From NCBI GenBank assembly GCA_003707115.1, contig PPNB01000007.1:62001-126000 (forward strand): a DNA stretch of 64,000 bases, read 5' to 3'. Under the pieces are notes generated by a model. That model did no database searches. It was not told the origin of the DNA and saw nothing but the letters and a program-made list of their open reading frames with translations. The position numbers and the translations under genes are program-made. This document shows positions 51,362-62,098 of this stretch, in pieces. The stretch's first letter is position 1. The number at the start of each line of letters is the position of its first letter. The DNA comes from Tortispora ganteri. Taxonomy: Eukaryota.

Positions 51362-54298
51362 ATGTCAGGAAGATACACTCCGTATAATGCCGACCAAAAT
51401 GACTCGTATTACGCTGACCTCGAAGATATATATTACTCTAATGCACCCGCGATCCCACCACAGCCACAACACAATATGAGTAGGCCCTCAACTGCAACCT
51501 CTTCGCGCACTCAAAATAATGAATACATAGAGTCAAATCATTACCCGCGTCGTGCAGTATCTACTGCAGCTACTGAACAAATGCCACCAATGAGCTACCA
51601 CCAGCCTTCACGTGCCATATCTAATCAGTCCACTCAGCACCTTTTTCCTACAACAACTTATGACTCGCAACAGTATGTTCCCTACCAGACAACAGACACA
51701 CAGTCGTACCTTCTCCAACCCTACCCGCAGTACGCCCACAATACGTCGAACAACGACTCATCAGAGTACTATGGTCAAGACTACTATTCAAACCAGCCCT
51801 CTCGCGTCTCCTCGCCATACATCGCCGGCACTCCAATCGACATACCCGAGAACATCGACTATAACCCCGAAGGTGATTACTACAACCTCAATACATACCT
51901 TGAAGAGGACACAGAGAACGAGTACGCAGACAAAGATGACGATATGTCGTTCAATGCTCCAGGCTACTCCGACTCCGGCTCCTCGCCCTTCGGCATAGAA
52001 GTGCCCCCTGCAGGCCGACAGCCGCGCAGAAGCAAGACCGTCAAGCGCGTAAAGCTCTTTCGCGGTAACCTAGTCCTCGACTGTCCTGTATCAGAGCGCA
52101 TCACAGAGAAACTTACGCCTGAACGTAGAAATGACCGCGAGTTCGCTTACATGCGATATTCTGCTGCTACCTGCGACCCAAGCTATTTTGTCGCCGACAA
52201 CTACAGCCTTCGTCAAAACATGTACAGAACCCCTCGACAAACAGAACTGTTCATAGTTGTAACTCTCTATAACGAAGACGATATCCTGCTCGGACGCACC
52301 CTGCTCGGTGTTATGAAAAATATAAAACATCTTGAGAGCCGAACTAATTCTAAAACATGGGGAAAAGACTCTTGGAAGAAAGTCGTTGTCTGCATTGTCG
52401 CAGACGGACGTACAAAAATTAACCCGCGCGCTAAAGCTTTGCTCGCTGCACTTGGCTGCTACCAGGATGGATTTGCAAAGAATATGGTTAATGAAAAGCC
52501 CGTGTCTGCTCACATATATGAATTCACCAGCAAGATCGGTATATCACATGTCGGAGAAACAGTAAACCTCAAACACGAGAATGCTCTCCCTACTCAGTTT
52601 TTATTTTGCATGAAAGAACACAATCAGAAAAAGATCAACTCTCATCGCTGGTTTTTCCAGGCATTTGCCCCGCTTTTAAATCCTAAAGTCTGCGTTCTGC
52701 TAGACGCTGGAACGCGTCCTGGATCAACATCTATTTATCATTTATGGAAAACATTCGATCTCAAGCCTCATGTAGGCGGTGCCTGTGGTGAAATAAAAGT
52801 TATGAAAGGATCAGCTGGAGTTCAGCTGCTCAATCCTCTAGTGGCATGTCAGAACTTCGAGTACAAAATGTCTAACATATTGGACAAGCCTCTAGAATCT
52901 GTTTTTGGTTTTATCTCGGTACTTCCTGGTGCCTTTTCCGCTTACAGATATGAAGCATTGCTAAACAATTCCAACGGATCTGGCCCGCTGGAGAAATACT
53001 TCAAAGGTGAAACATTGCATGAGAATGCAGACGCCGGTTTATTTGAATCGAATATGTATCTTGCTGAAGATCGTATTCTTTGTTTCGAGCTAATCTCCAA
53101 AAGAAATAAGGCCTACACTTTGCGATACGTGAAGTCTGCGTATGCTGAAACTGATGTTCCAAACCAAATCGGAGAACTGATCTTGCAAAGACGACGATGG
53201 CTCAATGGCTCTTTTTTTGCTGCGTTATACTCGCTAGTTCATGGATGTTACGTTTGGAGGTCTTCACACAATTTAATGCGCAAACTTATGTTCCATGTCG
53301 AGTTTTTCTATCAGCTTGTTACTATGATATTCTCGTGGTTTGCTATTGGCAATTTCTTTTTAATTTTTGTCATTTTGATCAATTCTATGAGCGATCCAGC
53401 GCTTAACTTTGCACCTGGTTATATTCTTAGTCGCGTTTTAGTGTGGATATATGGAGCCTGTCTAATTGCATGCTTTGTCCTTGCTTTTGGAAACCGGCCA
53501 GGAGGAAGTCAACCAGCATACCTAGTCATGGTAATATTTTTTGCATTTATGATGGGATATCTTCTATTCGCGGTCATATACTTGTCTGTTCGTAGCGTCA
53601 AAATGACGCTCTGTGAGAACAATAACCAGTTTACAGTTGAGATGCTCTTTTCTAATTCGACATTTCGAAACTTGTGTGTTTCACTCGCTTCGACATATAT
53701 ACTGTACGTGGTTGCATCACTTGTGTTTTTTGAGCCCTGGCATATGCTTACAAGTTTTGTCCAGTATATATTGCTGTCGCCCATGTATATTAACGTTCTG
53801 AATGTATACGCGTTCTGCAACTTGCATGATATTTCTTGGGGAACTAAAGGTGACACCACTGTTAAAACAGATTTGGGTGTTGCGAAAATTAATGAAAAAG
53901 GCGAAGCTGTCGAAATGGAGATTCCTACTGTACAAGAGGAAATCGACGCAAATTACCTGTATCACCTGAAGGTAGTCGCTGATCCACCCGTTCAGGAAAA
54001 GAAGGAACCAAGTGCTGATGATAAAATTAAAGACTATTATGCCCTCATGAGATCCTCTGTTGTACTCTTATGGGTATTCACTAACGTTGCTCTTTGCGCT
54101 TTTATCCTCAACTTCATTCCTGATTACAAAGGTAACGATGTCCAAACGAGCTCATCGATTTGTGGAACTACAACTATGGTCACAACGCCAATTGTGAATA
54201 CTTATCTTGGTGTTATGTTATGGTCCGTTGCAATTCTTGCGGCAGTTAGATTTGTTGGAAGTATGACATACGCACTACAACGAATTTTTGGTTGGTAA
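51362..54298 (+). CDS. Chitin synthase, division 1 (class I/II)
   Basis: GNLVLDCPV, T.YNED, KKINSHRW, QNFEYKMSNILDKPLES, LAEDRIL, QRRRW and ISWGTKG. Confidence 0.96.
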   Translation: MSGRYTPYNADQNDSYYADLEDIYYSNAPAIPPQPQHNMSRPSTATSSRTQNNEYIESNHYPRRAVSTAATEQMPPMSYHQPSRAISNQSTQHLFPTTTYDSQQYVPYQTTDTQSYLLQPYPQYAHNTSNNDSSEYYGQDYYSNQPSRVSSPYIAGTPIDIPENIDYNPEGDYYNLNTYLEEDTENEYADKDDDMSFNAPGYSDSGSSPFGIEVPPAGRQPRRSKTVKRVKLFRGNLVLDCPVSERITEKLTPERRNDREFAYMRYSAATCDPSYFVADNYSLRQNMYRTPRQTELFIVVTLYNEDDILLGRTLLGVMKNIKHLESRTNSKTWGKDSWKKVVVCIVADGRTKINPRAKALLAALGCYQDGFAKNMVNEKPVSAHIYEFTSKIGISHVGETVNLKHENALPTQFLFCMKEHNQKKINSHRWFFQAFAPLLNPKVCVLLDAGTRPGSTSIYHLWKTFDLKPHVGGACGEIKVMKGSAGVQLLNPLVACQNFEYKMSNILDKPLESVFGFISVLPGAFSAYRYEALLNNSNGSGPLEKYFKGETLHENADAGLFESNMYLAEDRILCFELISKRNKAYTLRYVKSAYAETDVPNQIGELILQRRRWLNGSFFAALYSLVHGCYVWRSSHNLMRKLMFHVEFFYQLVTMIFSWFAIGNFFLIFVILINSMSDPALNFAPGYILSRVLVWIYGACLIACFVLAFGNRPGGSQPAYLVMVIFFAFMMGYLLFAVIYLSVRSVKMTLCENNNQFTVEMLFSNSTFRNLCVSLASTYILYVVASLVFFEPWHMLTSFVQYILLSPMYINVLNVYAFCNLHDISWGTKGDTTVKTDLGVAKINEKGEAVEMEIPTVQEEIDANYLYHLKVVADPPVQEKKEPSADDKIKDYYALMRSSVVLLWVFTNVALCAFILNFIPDYKGNDVQTSSSICGTTTMVTTPIVNTYLGVMLWSVAILAAVRFVGSMTYALQRIFGW

Positions 54299-54380
54299 TA
54301 TTTTATTTTTAGAATTGATAATTAGAGAACAATCCTATAATGCTCTTTATTCTAATTTCATATATTTATTTCATTAAACA

Positions 54381-56051
54381 TCAATGATCATGAGGATCCT
54401 CTTTAGGTTTTTCTGGATCAACCTTGATCATAGTATCTATACGAAGAATAGCAACACAAGCTTCCAAAGCCGACTTTAAAGATTTGATCTTTGACATTGT
54501 CGGCTCAATTACTCCAGCCTTGGATGCATCAATGATGGTGCCGTTGATTAGATCAAGTCCATAAGTCTTATATGATCGTTTCTTTGTATCTGTAATGGCC
54601 GCAGACTGGGAAGCAGAATGGTAAGCCCGCAGCTTGGAGACAAGTTCCGAGCTGTCTTTAGCAGCATTCACAGCCAGTGTTTTGGGGATGACTAACAGAG
54701 TAGAAGCAAATTCAGCAATAGCCATCTGCTCGCGAGAAGCAGTAGTGGTGGCGAAGTTCTCTAAGAACACAGACACAGCAGCTTCAACCGCACCTCCGCC
54801 TGGGACGACACTGCCACTTTCTAGCGTTCGCTTTATAACAGAAAAGCAGTCATGGAGTGACCTTTCCATCTCATCCAACTGAAGGTCATTCGGCCCGCGA
54901 AGTATGAGAGAAGTAGAGGTATATGCTTTTGTTCCCTTGACTAGAATACATTCGTCGTCACCGAATTTTTCCTGAACAACTTCATCAGCATGGCCAAGAG
55001 CAGAAGCCTCAAAGGTTTCATCACCTTCTAGATTAGAGAGCGAACTTAGCATTGTTGCACCAGTAGCACGAGCAATTCTTCGTAAGTCTTCGCGTTTACA
55101 GCGTCGAACGGCCATAACGCCAGATTCGACAAACGACTTCAAACATAAGTCATCGATTCCCTGGGTAGTCAACACGACGTTAGCGCCGGCAGCGATGATC
55201 TTGTTAATTCTCTCTAGTACCATTTCGATTTCTCTCTTGCGAATCTGCTCAAGTTGCTCTGGATCATCTATGACAATGGATACACCCAGAGCCATTCTGG
55301 TGCGATGAAGATTCATATCAAGGACAGCTATTTTTGCGCCTGTAACGCGCTTTTTGATGGCCTGCGACGCGACAGTACAGTTGAGAGCGTAGCCGGGAAC
55401 AAGTACAGACTCTGCCATTGATTGGCCGTGGGCTTTGAGGACGTTGATGGCTTTAATGGGGTACTTAACTTCGCCCCTAGATGAGACAGTTTTGACTGCC
55501 AGGACAGCGTCGACGGCAGCATTGGCGAAGAAGTCAGAATCAACACCAACTATCTTAGAAGACATAGAGGTTTTAGCTATGGCTGTAAGGGTCTGTCTGG
55601 GCAAATTATCGACGCTTGTAGCAAGAACCTCATTAATAAATCGGATAGCCTCCTTGAGGGCAAGTCTATAGCCGGTAATGATAGTAGTAGGGTGTATTTT
55701 GTTTTTGACTAGCTGGACAGCCCTTTTCAGTAGCTCAGCGGCAATGATTACAACAGATGTAGTACCATCACCAACCTCTCTGTCTTGTTGTTGAGCAAGT
55801 TCTACGAGTACTTTGCCAGCCGGATGTTCGACGTCGAGTAGCGATAGGATTGTAGCGCCGTCATTCGTGACAGTGACGTCGCCAATATCGTCAACAAGCA
55901 TCTTGTCAAGACCAACGGGCCCCAGCGACGATTTGACAACATTAGCAACAGACTGTGTCGCCAGGACATTTTGATCAAATACATCGTTGCCTGAAAGCTT
56001 TTCGCCGCTTAAGAATAGCGTTTCTGACCGCGATGGGGCGAATAACGACAT
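54381..56051 (-). CDS. TCP1: Chaperonin CCT subunit alpha
   Basis: [47 protein letters not shown] and [11 protein letters not shown] at 56051. Confidence 0.97.
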   Translation of the reverse strand: MSLFAPSRSETLFLSGEKLSGNDVFDQNVLATQSVANVVKSSLGPVGLDKMLVDDIGDVTVTNDGATILSLLDVEHPAGKVLVELAQQQDREVGDGTTSVVIIAAELLKRAVQLVKNKIHPTTIITGYRLALKEAIRFINEVLATSVDNLPRQTLTAIAKTSMSSKIVGVDSDFFANAAVDAVLAVKTVSSRGEVKYPIKAINVLKAHGQSMAESVLVPGYALNCTVASQAIKKRVTGAKIAVLDMNLHRTRMALGVSIVIDDPEQLEQIRKREIEMVLERINKIIAAGANVVLTTQGIDDLCLKSFVESGVMAVRRCKREDLRRIARATGATMLSSLSNLEGDETFEASALGHADEVVQEKFGDDECILVKGTKAYTSTSLILRGPNDLQLDEMERSLHDCFSVIKRTLESGSVVPGGGAVEAAVSVFLENFATTTASREQMAIAEFASTLLVIPKTLAVNAAKDSSELVSKLRAYHSASQSAAITDTKKRSYKTYGLDLINGTIIDASKAGVIEPTMSKIKSLKSALEACVAILRIDTMIKVDPEKPKEDPHDH

Positions 56052-56282
56052 GTAGTATATTGGTACACAGGTCGAACTAGGTGGAAAGTAGACTTTTTGG
56101 CTTGTAGAAGCAGAGAGTTTAGTCCCTAGCAACACAGCACAAATAAGCTTTTTTTTTTTTGGCCTATTAGGGCAAAACAATGTCACTCAATGAGAGGAAG
56201 GGCTGCCTGACCACCTCCACCCTCCACCCTACTACCCCCCCATAATTACAGTCGTAAGGCCCTTATATAGAACAGCTGCCAG

Positions 56283-57971
56283 ATGTCTCTGACCAACGAG
56301 ATGGAAGCGCTAAATGTGTCCGGTAAAAAGGACAAGAATGGAAAACAAAGTAAACAAAGTAAACAGAGCAAACAGGGTGGTGAGGGTAGCAAGAAAGGCA
56401 AGCAGGATGCAAGCAAGGCTCTTATCGGAATCACCGCGAATAAGAATGACGACTTCCCCTCATGGTACCAGCAGGTCGTTACCAAGGCCGAACTGCTCGA
56501 CTATTATGATGTATCTGGTTGCTATATTCTACGTCCAAACTCCTACTTCATCTGGGAGACCATTCAGGACTGGTTCAACGAGCGTATAAAGAAACTTGGC
56601 GTCAAGAATGGCTATTTCCCCATGTTTGTATCTAATCGCGTGTTACAGCGCGAGAAGGACCATGTAGAAGGTTTCGCCGCAGAAGTCGCATGGGTAACCC
56701 GCGCAGGATCGAGTGATCTGGAAGAACCCATCGCAATTAGACCTACCTCTGAAACTGTCATGTACCCTTACTACGCAAAGTGGATCCGATCCCACCGCGA
56801 TCTACCCCTCAAGCTCAACCAATGGAATTCCGTCGTCCGATGGGAGTTCAAAAACCCACAGCCTTTCTTGCGAACAAGAGAGTTCTTGTGGCAGGAGGGA
56901 CACACCGCCTACCTCACCAAGGCCGAAGCCGACAAAGAGGTCCTTCAAATCCTGGACCTGTACGCCGGCATATACGAAGAACTTCTCGCCGTCCCCGTCA
57001 TCAAGGGCGTTAAAACTGATAAGGAACGCTTCGCAGGTGGTCTCTATACTACAACATGCGAAGGTTATATTCCTGCCACCGGTCGCGGCATTCAGGGCGC
57101 TACCTCTCACTCCCTTGGCCAGAATTTCTCCAAAATGTTTAATATCTCAGTAGAGGATCCCGACGCTCCCGCAGAAATTGCAGAGAAACCAAAACTGTAC
57201 GCCTGGCAGAACTCTTGGGGTTTGTCAACGCGTGTAATCGGTGTTATGATCATGATTCACTCGGATGACAAGGGCCTTGTTCTGCCTCCCCGTGTAGCAC
57301 ACACTCAGGCTATCGTCATTCCCTGCGGTTTGACTGCAAAAACATCTCCTGAACTCAAGAAAGAGATTGTGGACGGCGCTCGCGCCATTACTTCTACGCT
57401 GATGAATGGCTCTAGTCCTATAATACGCAATGTGACCATCGATGATCGCGAAAACTATTCTCCTGGCTGGAAATTCGCCGACGCTGAATTACGCGGAATC
57501 CCATTGAGACTGGAATATGGTCCCAAGGATCATGAAAATAATGTCGTCACCGCTGTAAGGCGTGATAATGGAGAAAAATCCACTATCCCGATAGATAACT
57601 TAGTAGAAGGTGTTGCTTCTCTTCTCGAGACAATTCAGGCAACCCTTTTGAAGAACGCAAAAGATGCTTTTGACTCTCACATTGTCAAGGTCACTAAATG
57701 GGAAGACTTCGTTCCTGCTCTCAATCAAAAGAATGTAATTCTACTTCCATGGTGCGGTGTTACTGCTTGTGAAGATTCAATCAAAGAGAGATCTGCAAGA
57801 CAAGCTGTAAGTGAATCAGGCGAACCTGAAGATGAAAAGGCACCTTCAATGGGCGCGAAATCACTTTGCATTCCTTATGACCAACCAGAAGGAATCGTTG
57901 AAGGTCAAACAAAATGTCCAGCTTGTGGTGAACTTGCTACAAAATGGTGTCTGTTCGGCCGCTCTTATTAG
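56283..57971 (+). CDS. Cytoplasmic (eukaryote/archaea-type) prolyl-tRNA synthetase
   Basis: YYDVSGCYILRP, IRPTSET, RTREFLWQEGHT, QGATSH, SWGLSTR and C-terminal FGRSY. Confidence 0.97.
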   Translation: MSLTNEMEALNVSGKKDKNGKQSKQSKQSKQGGEGSKKGKQDASKALIGITANKNDDFPSWYQQVVTKAELLDYYDVSGCYILRPNSYFIWETIQDWFNERIKKLGVKNGYFPMFVSNRVLQREKDHVEGFAAEVAWVTRAGSSDLEEPIAIRPTSETVMYPYYAKWIRSHRDLPLKLNQWNSVVRWEFKNPQPFLRTREFLWQEGHTAYLTKAEADKEVLQILDLYAGIYEELLAVPVIKGVKTDKERFAGGLYTTTCEGYIPATGRGIQGATSHSLGQNFSKMFNISVEDPDAPAEIAEKPKLYAWQNSWGLSTRVIGVMIMIHSDDKGLVLPPRVAHTQAIVIPCGLTAKTSPELKKEIVDGARAITSTLMNGSSPIIRNVTIDDRENYSPGWKFADAELRGIPLRLEYGPKDHENNVVTAVRRDNGEKSTIPIDNLVEGVASLLETIQATLLKNAKDAFDSHIVKVTKWEDFVPALNQKNVILLPWCGVTACEDSIKERSARQAVSESGEPEDEKAPSMGAKSLCIPYDQPEGIVEGQTKCPACGELATKWCLFGRSY

Positions 57972-58156
57972 TTGGTGCCAATTGATATTTATGTACAGTG
58001 AATCATGCATGGTTTCTGAACATGCTGAATTGTTCTACGGTTTCCAAAAATGTCCGCCTATGACTAAACCATCAACGGATTTGTTACCTATGTATACGTT
58101 AGCCGCAAATTGCGTTAAATGTATAATCTGAAATAATAAATATATAATCCGTTTCA

Positions 58157-61100
58157 TTAGACCTCATTTCCCATCATATACGAAAATCCTCTGAACTGTT
58201 CTTGCATTTGTTTTGTCAGCTCGCCAGTAACAGGAGTAAGTCGGGGCACTTCCCGAGTGAATTCTTGATCAAAATTTCGCGTGTCTGTAGCAGAAGAAAC
58301 AGTTGGTACAAAAGGTGGCTCAACTCGCTTATTCAAGAAGTCATCGAAATTGATATTCCTAAAATAAGGATGTGCCATAACTTCAAGTGCGTCCTTTTCA
58401 CCACCACCAAGACGTTTAGCCGGGTCACGTGTAAGCAAAGCCTGTAGAATAGATACAGAGCCAGGAGGCATGTGTACGGGATACAACGGCTCATCTGATA
58501 TAATAGCATGAAAGATTTCATCTTCATCATCACCACGGAAAGGACTTTGGCCTAAAAGCATCTGGTAAATTAGAACACCAAAAGCCCACCAGTCAACAGC
58601 TCTGGTATATTTCTGGTCAAGTAGAATTTCTGGAGCCATGAATTCTGGTGTTCCGCAAAAAGTTCCAGTAGTAGAACCATGCCACATATCTTCCTTGCAA
58701 AGACCATAATCTGCTATCTTAATATGTCCATCTAGACCAAGAAGAATGTTGTCAAGTTTGAGATCACGATAAATAACACCATTGTCATGAAAATACTTAA
58801 GCGCTAGTAGGACTTCAGCAGCATAAAATTGAGCTCTTCGAGGAGTAAACTGTTCTGTTTGTATGTGAAGCATCAGATCTCCACCGGAAATATATTCCAT
58901 CACAAAGTATAATCGAGTTTCCGTTTGAAAGCACGAATGAAGCGAAAGTAAGAAAGGATGTCTTTCTTTGTTTGCAATCATGAAGACTCGCTTTTCTGAG
59001 CGAGTGCTCTCAATCTCATCATTCTCAAGAATAAACTCTTTCTTCAGCACCTTAATGGCATAAAGTTTTTGAGAACCTTTGGATTCTGCAAGCATAACTT
59101 TTCCAAAGTTTCCTTTTCCCAGTACAGCCAGGAAGTTAAAGTCCTCAAGACCAACACGATTGCGTGTGTTCAGTTTCTTCTCCATAACTGGCTTCGCCAC
59201 AGGTTTAGCGCCTAGTGCAGAACTAGCAGCAGCTGAAGCAACTTCAGATATATTAGGACTTTTAGAGGCCTGAGATGCCTGTTTCGGAATTGCCTCAGGA
59301 AATATTTCAGTAGGTCTAGCCTTTGCAACTGCTGCGGCAGCAGCAGTAGAGGCCAAAGGTGCAGCTGGTGACTCAAAGAAGTTTCGCTTATTATCAGACT
59401 TCATCAAGTCTGGAGATGTGGTTTGCATACTTGCACTATCCATATTCATAGAATCACTGCTGGGAGGAGTAATAGAGGTGTGCGCGTCTGAAGCTGTAGC
59501 GGGGGTGTTCTTGTAGGAATCAATAGGTGAAATAAATGATTCAGCTGATTTGGAGGGTTCAATATTAGAAGGTTCATTGCTAGAAATATTACTCAATGTG
59601 CTTGGCCGAGTCTCAGGGGACTTGTTGCTCTTATTAAGCGCAGCAACAGGTGTCACCGGTAGGTCTTTGTCAACACTGCCAACTTGCTTTCGCTGAACAG
59701 GGTTTCGGCGGGGTGGGCCATCAATGTTCTTGTTAGGAGTGGCATGAAGTGGTGCATTTAAGGCAGAGACAGAAGTATAAACATTTGACGGAGATGAAGG
59801 GGTTTTCTTGTGCATTTTGACCGGTATGGATTTTTCCTTGGCAGCTGCTTGCCTTGATTTTGCATTTCGAATTTCGGAAAGGATCTTGTTTGCTTGTTCC
59901 ATAGACATTCCACAAAAATCAGGCACCAAGTGCTGACACTGAGTATGACACATAACTCCACATTCTGTGCATTTTCGGCTGTTTTTTTTACCCAGAGGAA
60001 GGATGTAACCACAATGACAACACCAATTGGCGGAGATATTGGTTATTGCGTCAAATTTATGCGGTATATTATGATTGAGTTTTTCTTCAGGACTAGCATC
60101 AGAGCTAGATTTCGAGATGCATTTTGTCACAACTTTAGTATAGCACTTTTGATGACAAAGAAACTTACAGTCTTGACATTGCATACCAGTTGAAGACTTT
60201 AAAAAGTCACCACAGTATGCGCATTTCATGATGTTGTAAAATTGATGTAAGACAAACTTGTGACCGTACATTTCATGCACATTTTCTTTGCGTTGACGAA
60301 TGGCATCATGGCGACCGAGTCCTTTTGGACCATCGAAAGCCCTCTTTTTGCCAACATTACTTTTAATAAAATCAACAGTCAAGTGAACTTCACCAGCTGG
60401 TTCCAAGTAGAACCAAGAATCAACAATAGCAGGACCCACACTGCTTGGAGGTTTCTGAGATCCTCTAGAAGAGGCATAAACTGAAGCGGTACTTGAGCCA
60501 GTCGATTGTGGAGCAGGCATGCCCCATTCATCGTAAACCGCATTATTTGGAAGATTAGTATCCATGGAAGGCAGCTGCTTCTCTGTTTGTGCGGCAGCCG
60601 CTTTATCGGCTGAGACCCAACCAGAAGCTGCGAGCTCCGCTTCAATACGTTTTCGTCGAAGTTCTTCAGCTATGTCAGAGAGCCTTAACCAGACAATGCC
60701 TATCGGTACGGAATGACCGCCTGACCGATCGAAGAAGGAAATTTCCAGTTCATTAGCTTTTGAGACTGGTACTTCAATCAGATCAGGCCATCGATCAGTT
60801 CTTGTAGCTTTGGAAGGGGCAACTTTTTGATCTTCAACCTTCACGACGGCGTAAGTTTCAACGCCTCGAGCGACGGTTGCATGTGCAGCATTGCGAATAG
60901 CAATGTTAGAAATTTTGAGTGTGCCAGAAAGAGGGCGCCTTATATTTGGGGTGTTAATAGAATCGTCGTCTGCAACATCTCCGTCTTCTTCATCGTCGAA
61001 GTCAATATGCATATCCTGATAACGTTTCAAAGCTTGTTTCAGCAATACGATCTTTTGCGCCGACTCTATGCGTTTGCTTTCTGCATCTTTCGCTGATTTT

Positions 61101-61708
61101 TGATCGCCCTCAAAGCGGTATAGCTTCATCATTTTTCCTATTCCCTCGAGGTATTGATGTTCGACGGACAGCTTGAAAGCGAGCTGCTGCAACATAAAGC
61201 GAATCCGGGGGCCCAATTGCGTACTATCGTATTTTATGAGATCAAGACGAGTAGATCGACCTCTACTATTCCCGTTAGACTTGATGTTTATAGACGGGGG
61301 GAGTGGCAAAGAAGGATCCTGGTGTGAGACAGGAGTCCGGGGCAATTCTTTAATAGGTCTTCCGAGTTCCGATGAGGGTACATTGTCAGCACTAGGATCG
61401 AGAGTTCTGTAAACGTATTGTGGGCCAGAAATCGAAGGCGTTGAGTGGTGTCCATACATAGCGGTAGCAGCTGCAACAGCTGCGCCTGATTTTGGTTTCG
61501 GATCATGGGCGAGGTTTAGTTCGGACAGGCGATTCTGTAGGTAGTCGATATTCTTCTTACTTTCGCGAATAGAGGAGTCGCAACGTTCTTGGACTTGCAA
61601 ATTGTTCGTTGAGCGACGCATTGCCTGAGCGCCTTGTATGAGAGATTTCTCCCTCTCTATTTTTCGAAGGACATCCTTAATCCTAGGATCTTCATTTGTA
61701 GGGGGCAT
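58157..61708 (-). CDS. PKC1: Protein kinase C
   Basis: Two HR1 domains, a C2-like domain, pseudosubstrate RHDAIRQRK, two C1 domains, kinase LGKGNFGKV...TFCGTPEFMAPE and hydrophobic motif FRGFSY. Confidence 0.97.
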   Translation of the reverse strand: MPPTNEDPRIKDVLRKIEREKSLIQGAQAMRRSTNNLQVQERCDSSIRESKKNIDYLQNRLSELNLAHDPKPKSGAAVAAATAMYGHHSTPSISGPQYVYRTLDPSADNVPSSELGRPIKELPRTPVSHQDPSLPLPPSINIKSNGNSRGRSTRLDLIKYDSTQLGPRIRFMLQQLAFKLSVEHQYLEGIGKMMKLYRFEGDQKSAKDAESKRIESAQKIVLLKQALKRYQDMHIDFDDEEDGDVADDDSINTPNIRRPLSGTLKISNIAIRNAAHATVARGVETYAVVKVEDQKVAPSKATRTDRWPDLIEVPVSKANELEISFFDRSGGHSVPIGIVWLRLSDIAEELRRKRIEAELAASGWVSADKAAAAQTEKQLPSMDTNLPNNAVYDEWGMPAPQSTGSSTASVYASSRGSQKPPSSVGPAIVDSWFYLEPAGEVHLTVDFIKSNVGKKRAFDGPKGLGRHDAIRQRKENVHEMYGHKFVLHQFYNIMKCAYCGDFLKSSTGMQCQDCKFLCHQKCYTKVVTKCISKSSSDASPEEKLNHNIPHKFDAITNISANWCCHCGYILPLGKKNSRKCTECGVMCHTQCQHLVPDFCGMSMEQANKILSEIRNAKSRQAAAKEKSIPVKMHKKTPSSPSNVYTSVSALNAPLHATPNKNIDGPPRRNPVQRKQVGSVDKDLPVTPVAALNKSNKSPETRPSTLSNISSNEPSNIEPSKSAESFISPIDSYKNTPATASDAHTSITPPSSDSMNMDSASMQTTSPDLMKSDNKRNFFESPAAPLASTAAAAAVAKARPTEIFPEAIPKQASQASKSPNISEVASAAASSALGAKPVAKPVMEKKLNTRNRVGLEDFNFLAVLGKGNFGKVMLAESKGSQKLYAIKVLKKEFILENDEIESTRSEKRVFMIANKERHPFLLSLHSCFQTETRLYFVMEYISGGDLMLHIQTEQFTPRRAQFYAAEVLLALKYFHDNGVIYRDLKLDNILLGLDGHIKIADYGLCKEDMWHGSTTGTFCGTPEFMAPEILLDQKYTRAVDWWAFGVLIYQMLLGQSPFRGDDEDEIFHAIISDEPLYPVHMPPGSVSILQALLTRDPAKRLGGGEKDALEVMAHPYFRNINFDDFLNKRVEPPFVPTVSSATDTRNFDQEFTREVPRLTPVTGELTKQMQEQFRGFSYMMGNEV

Positions 61709-62098
61709 GGCGTAGAGCGCTGTTACGGTGCTAGTGGATACCAGATAAAAGACCTATTAGTGGCAAAATAGTAAGTATTTTTGTAGCTAAAATTAGCCAA
61801 ATAATCCAACCGCTTTGTAGCAAAAGAAAAAGAAAAGAAAAAGTACCTATAGCGGTAAAAAAAAACAGTGATTAGAATAGAAAAGTGTTGTTTTTTTTGT
61901 TGTGGGTTTGTGTTTGTTGCAGGGGGGTTTTGCGCGCTTTTCCTAAGCATTAGATACCAAATACTATTTATAAACTTTAATTAATATAAGGTTTATATAC
62001 ACATATTCATTTTTATTATGTCAATTATTACTTCATAATATAATTAAGAAAAAAAAATTAGCCCCTTTTTATTCGCCTTAATTCCATAGTAATCTGTA

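Noticed and set aside
61723..61950. 75-aa uORF upstream of PKC1
   Set aside because: It is low-complexity promoter sequence and its ATG probably lies upstream of the TSS; there is no supporting evidence.
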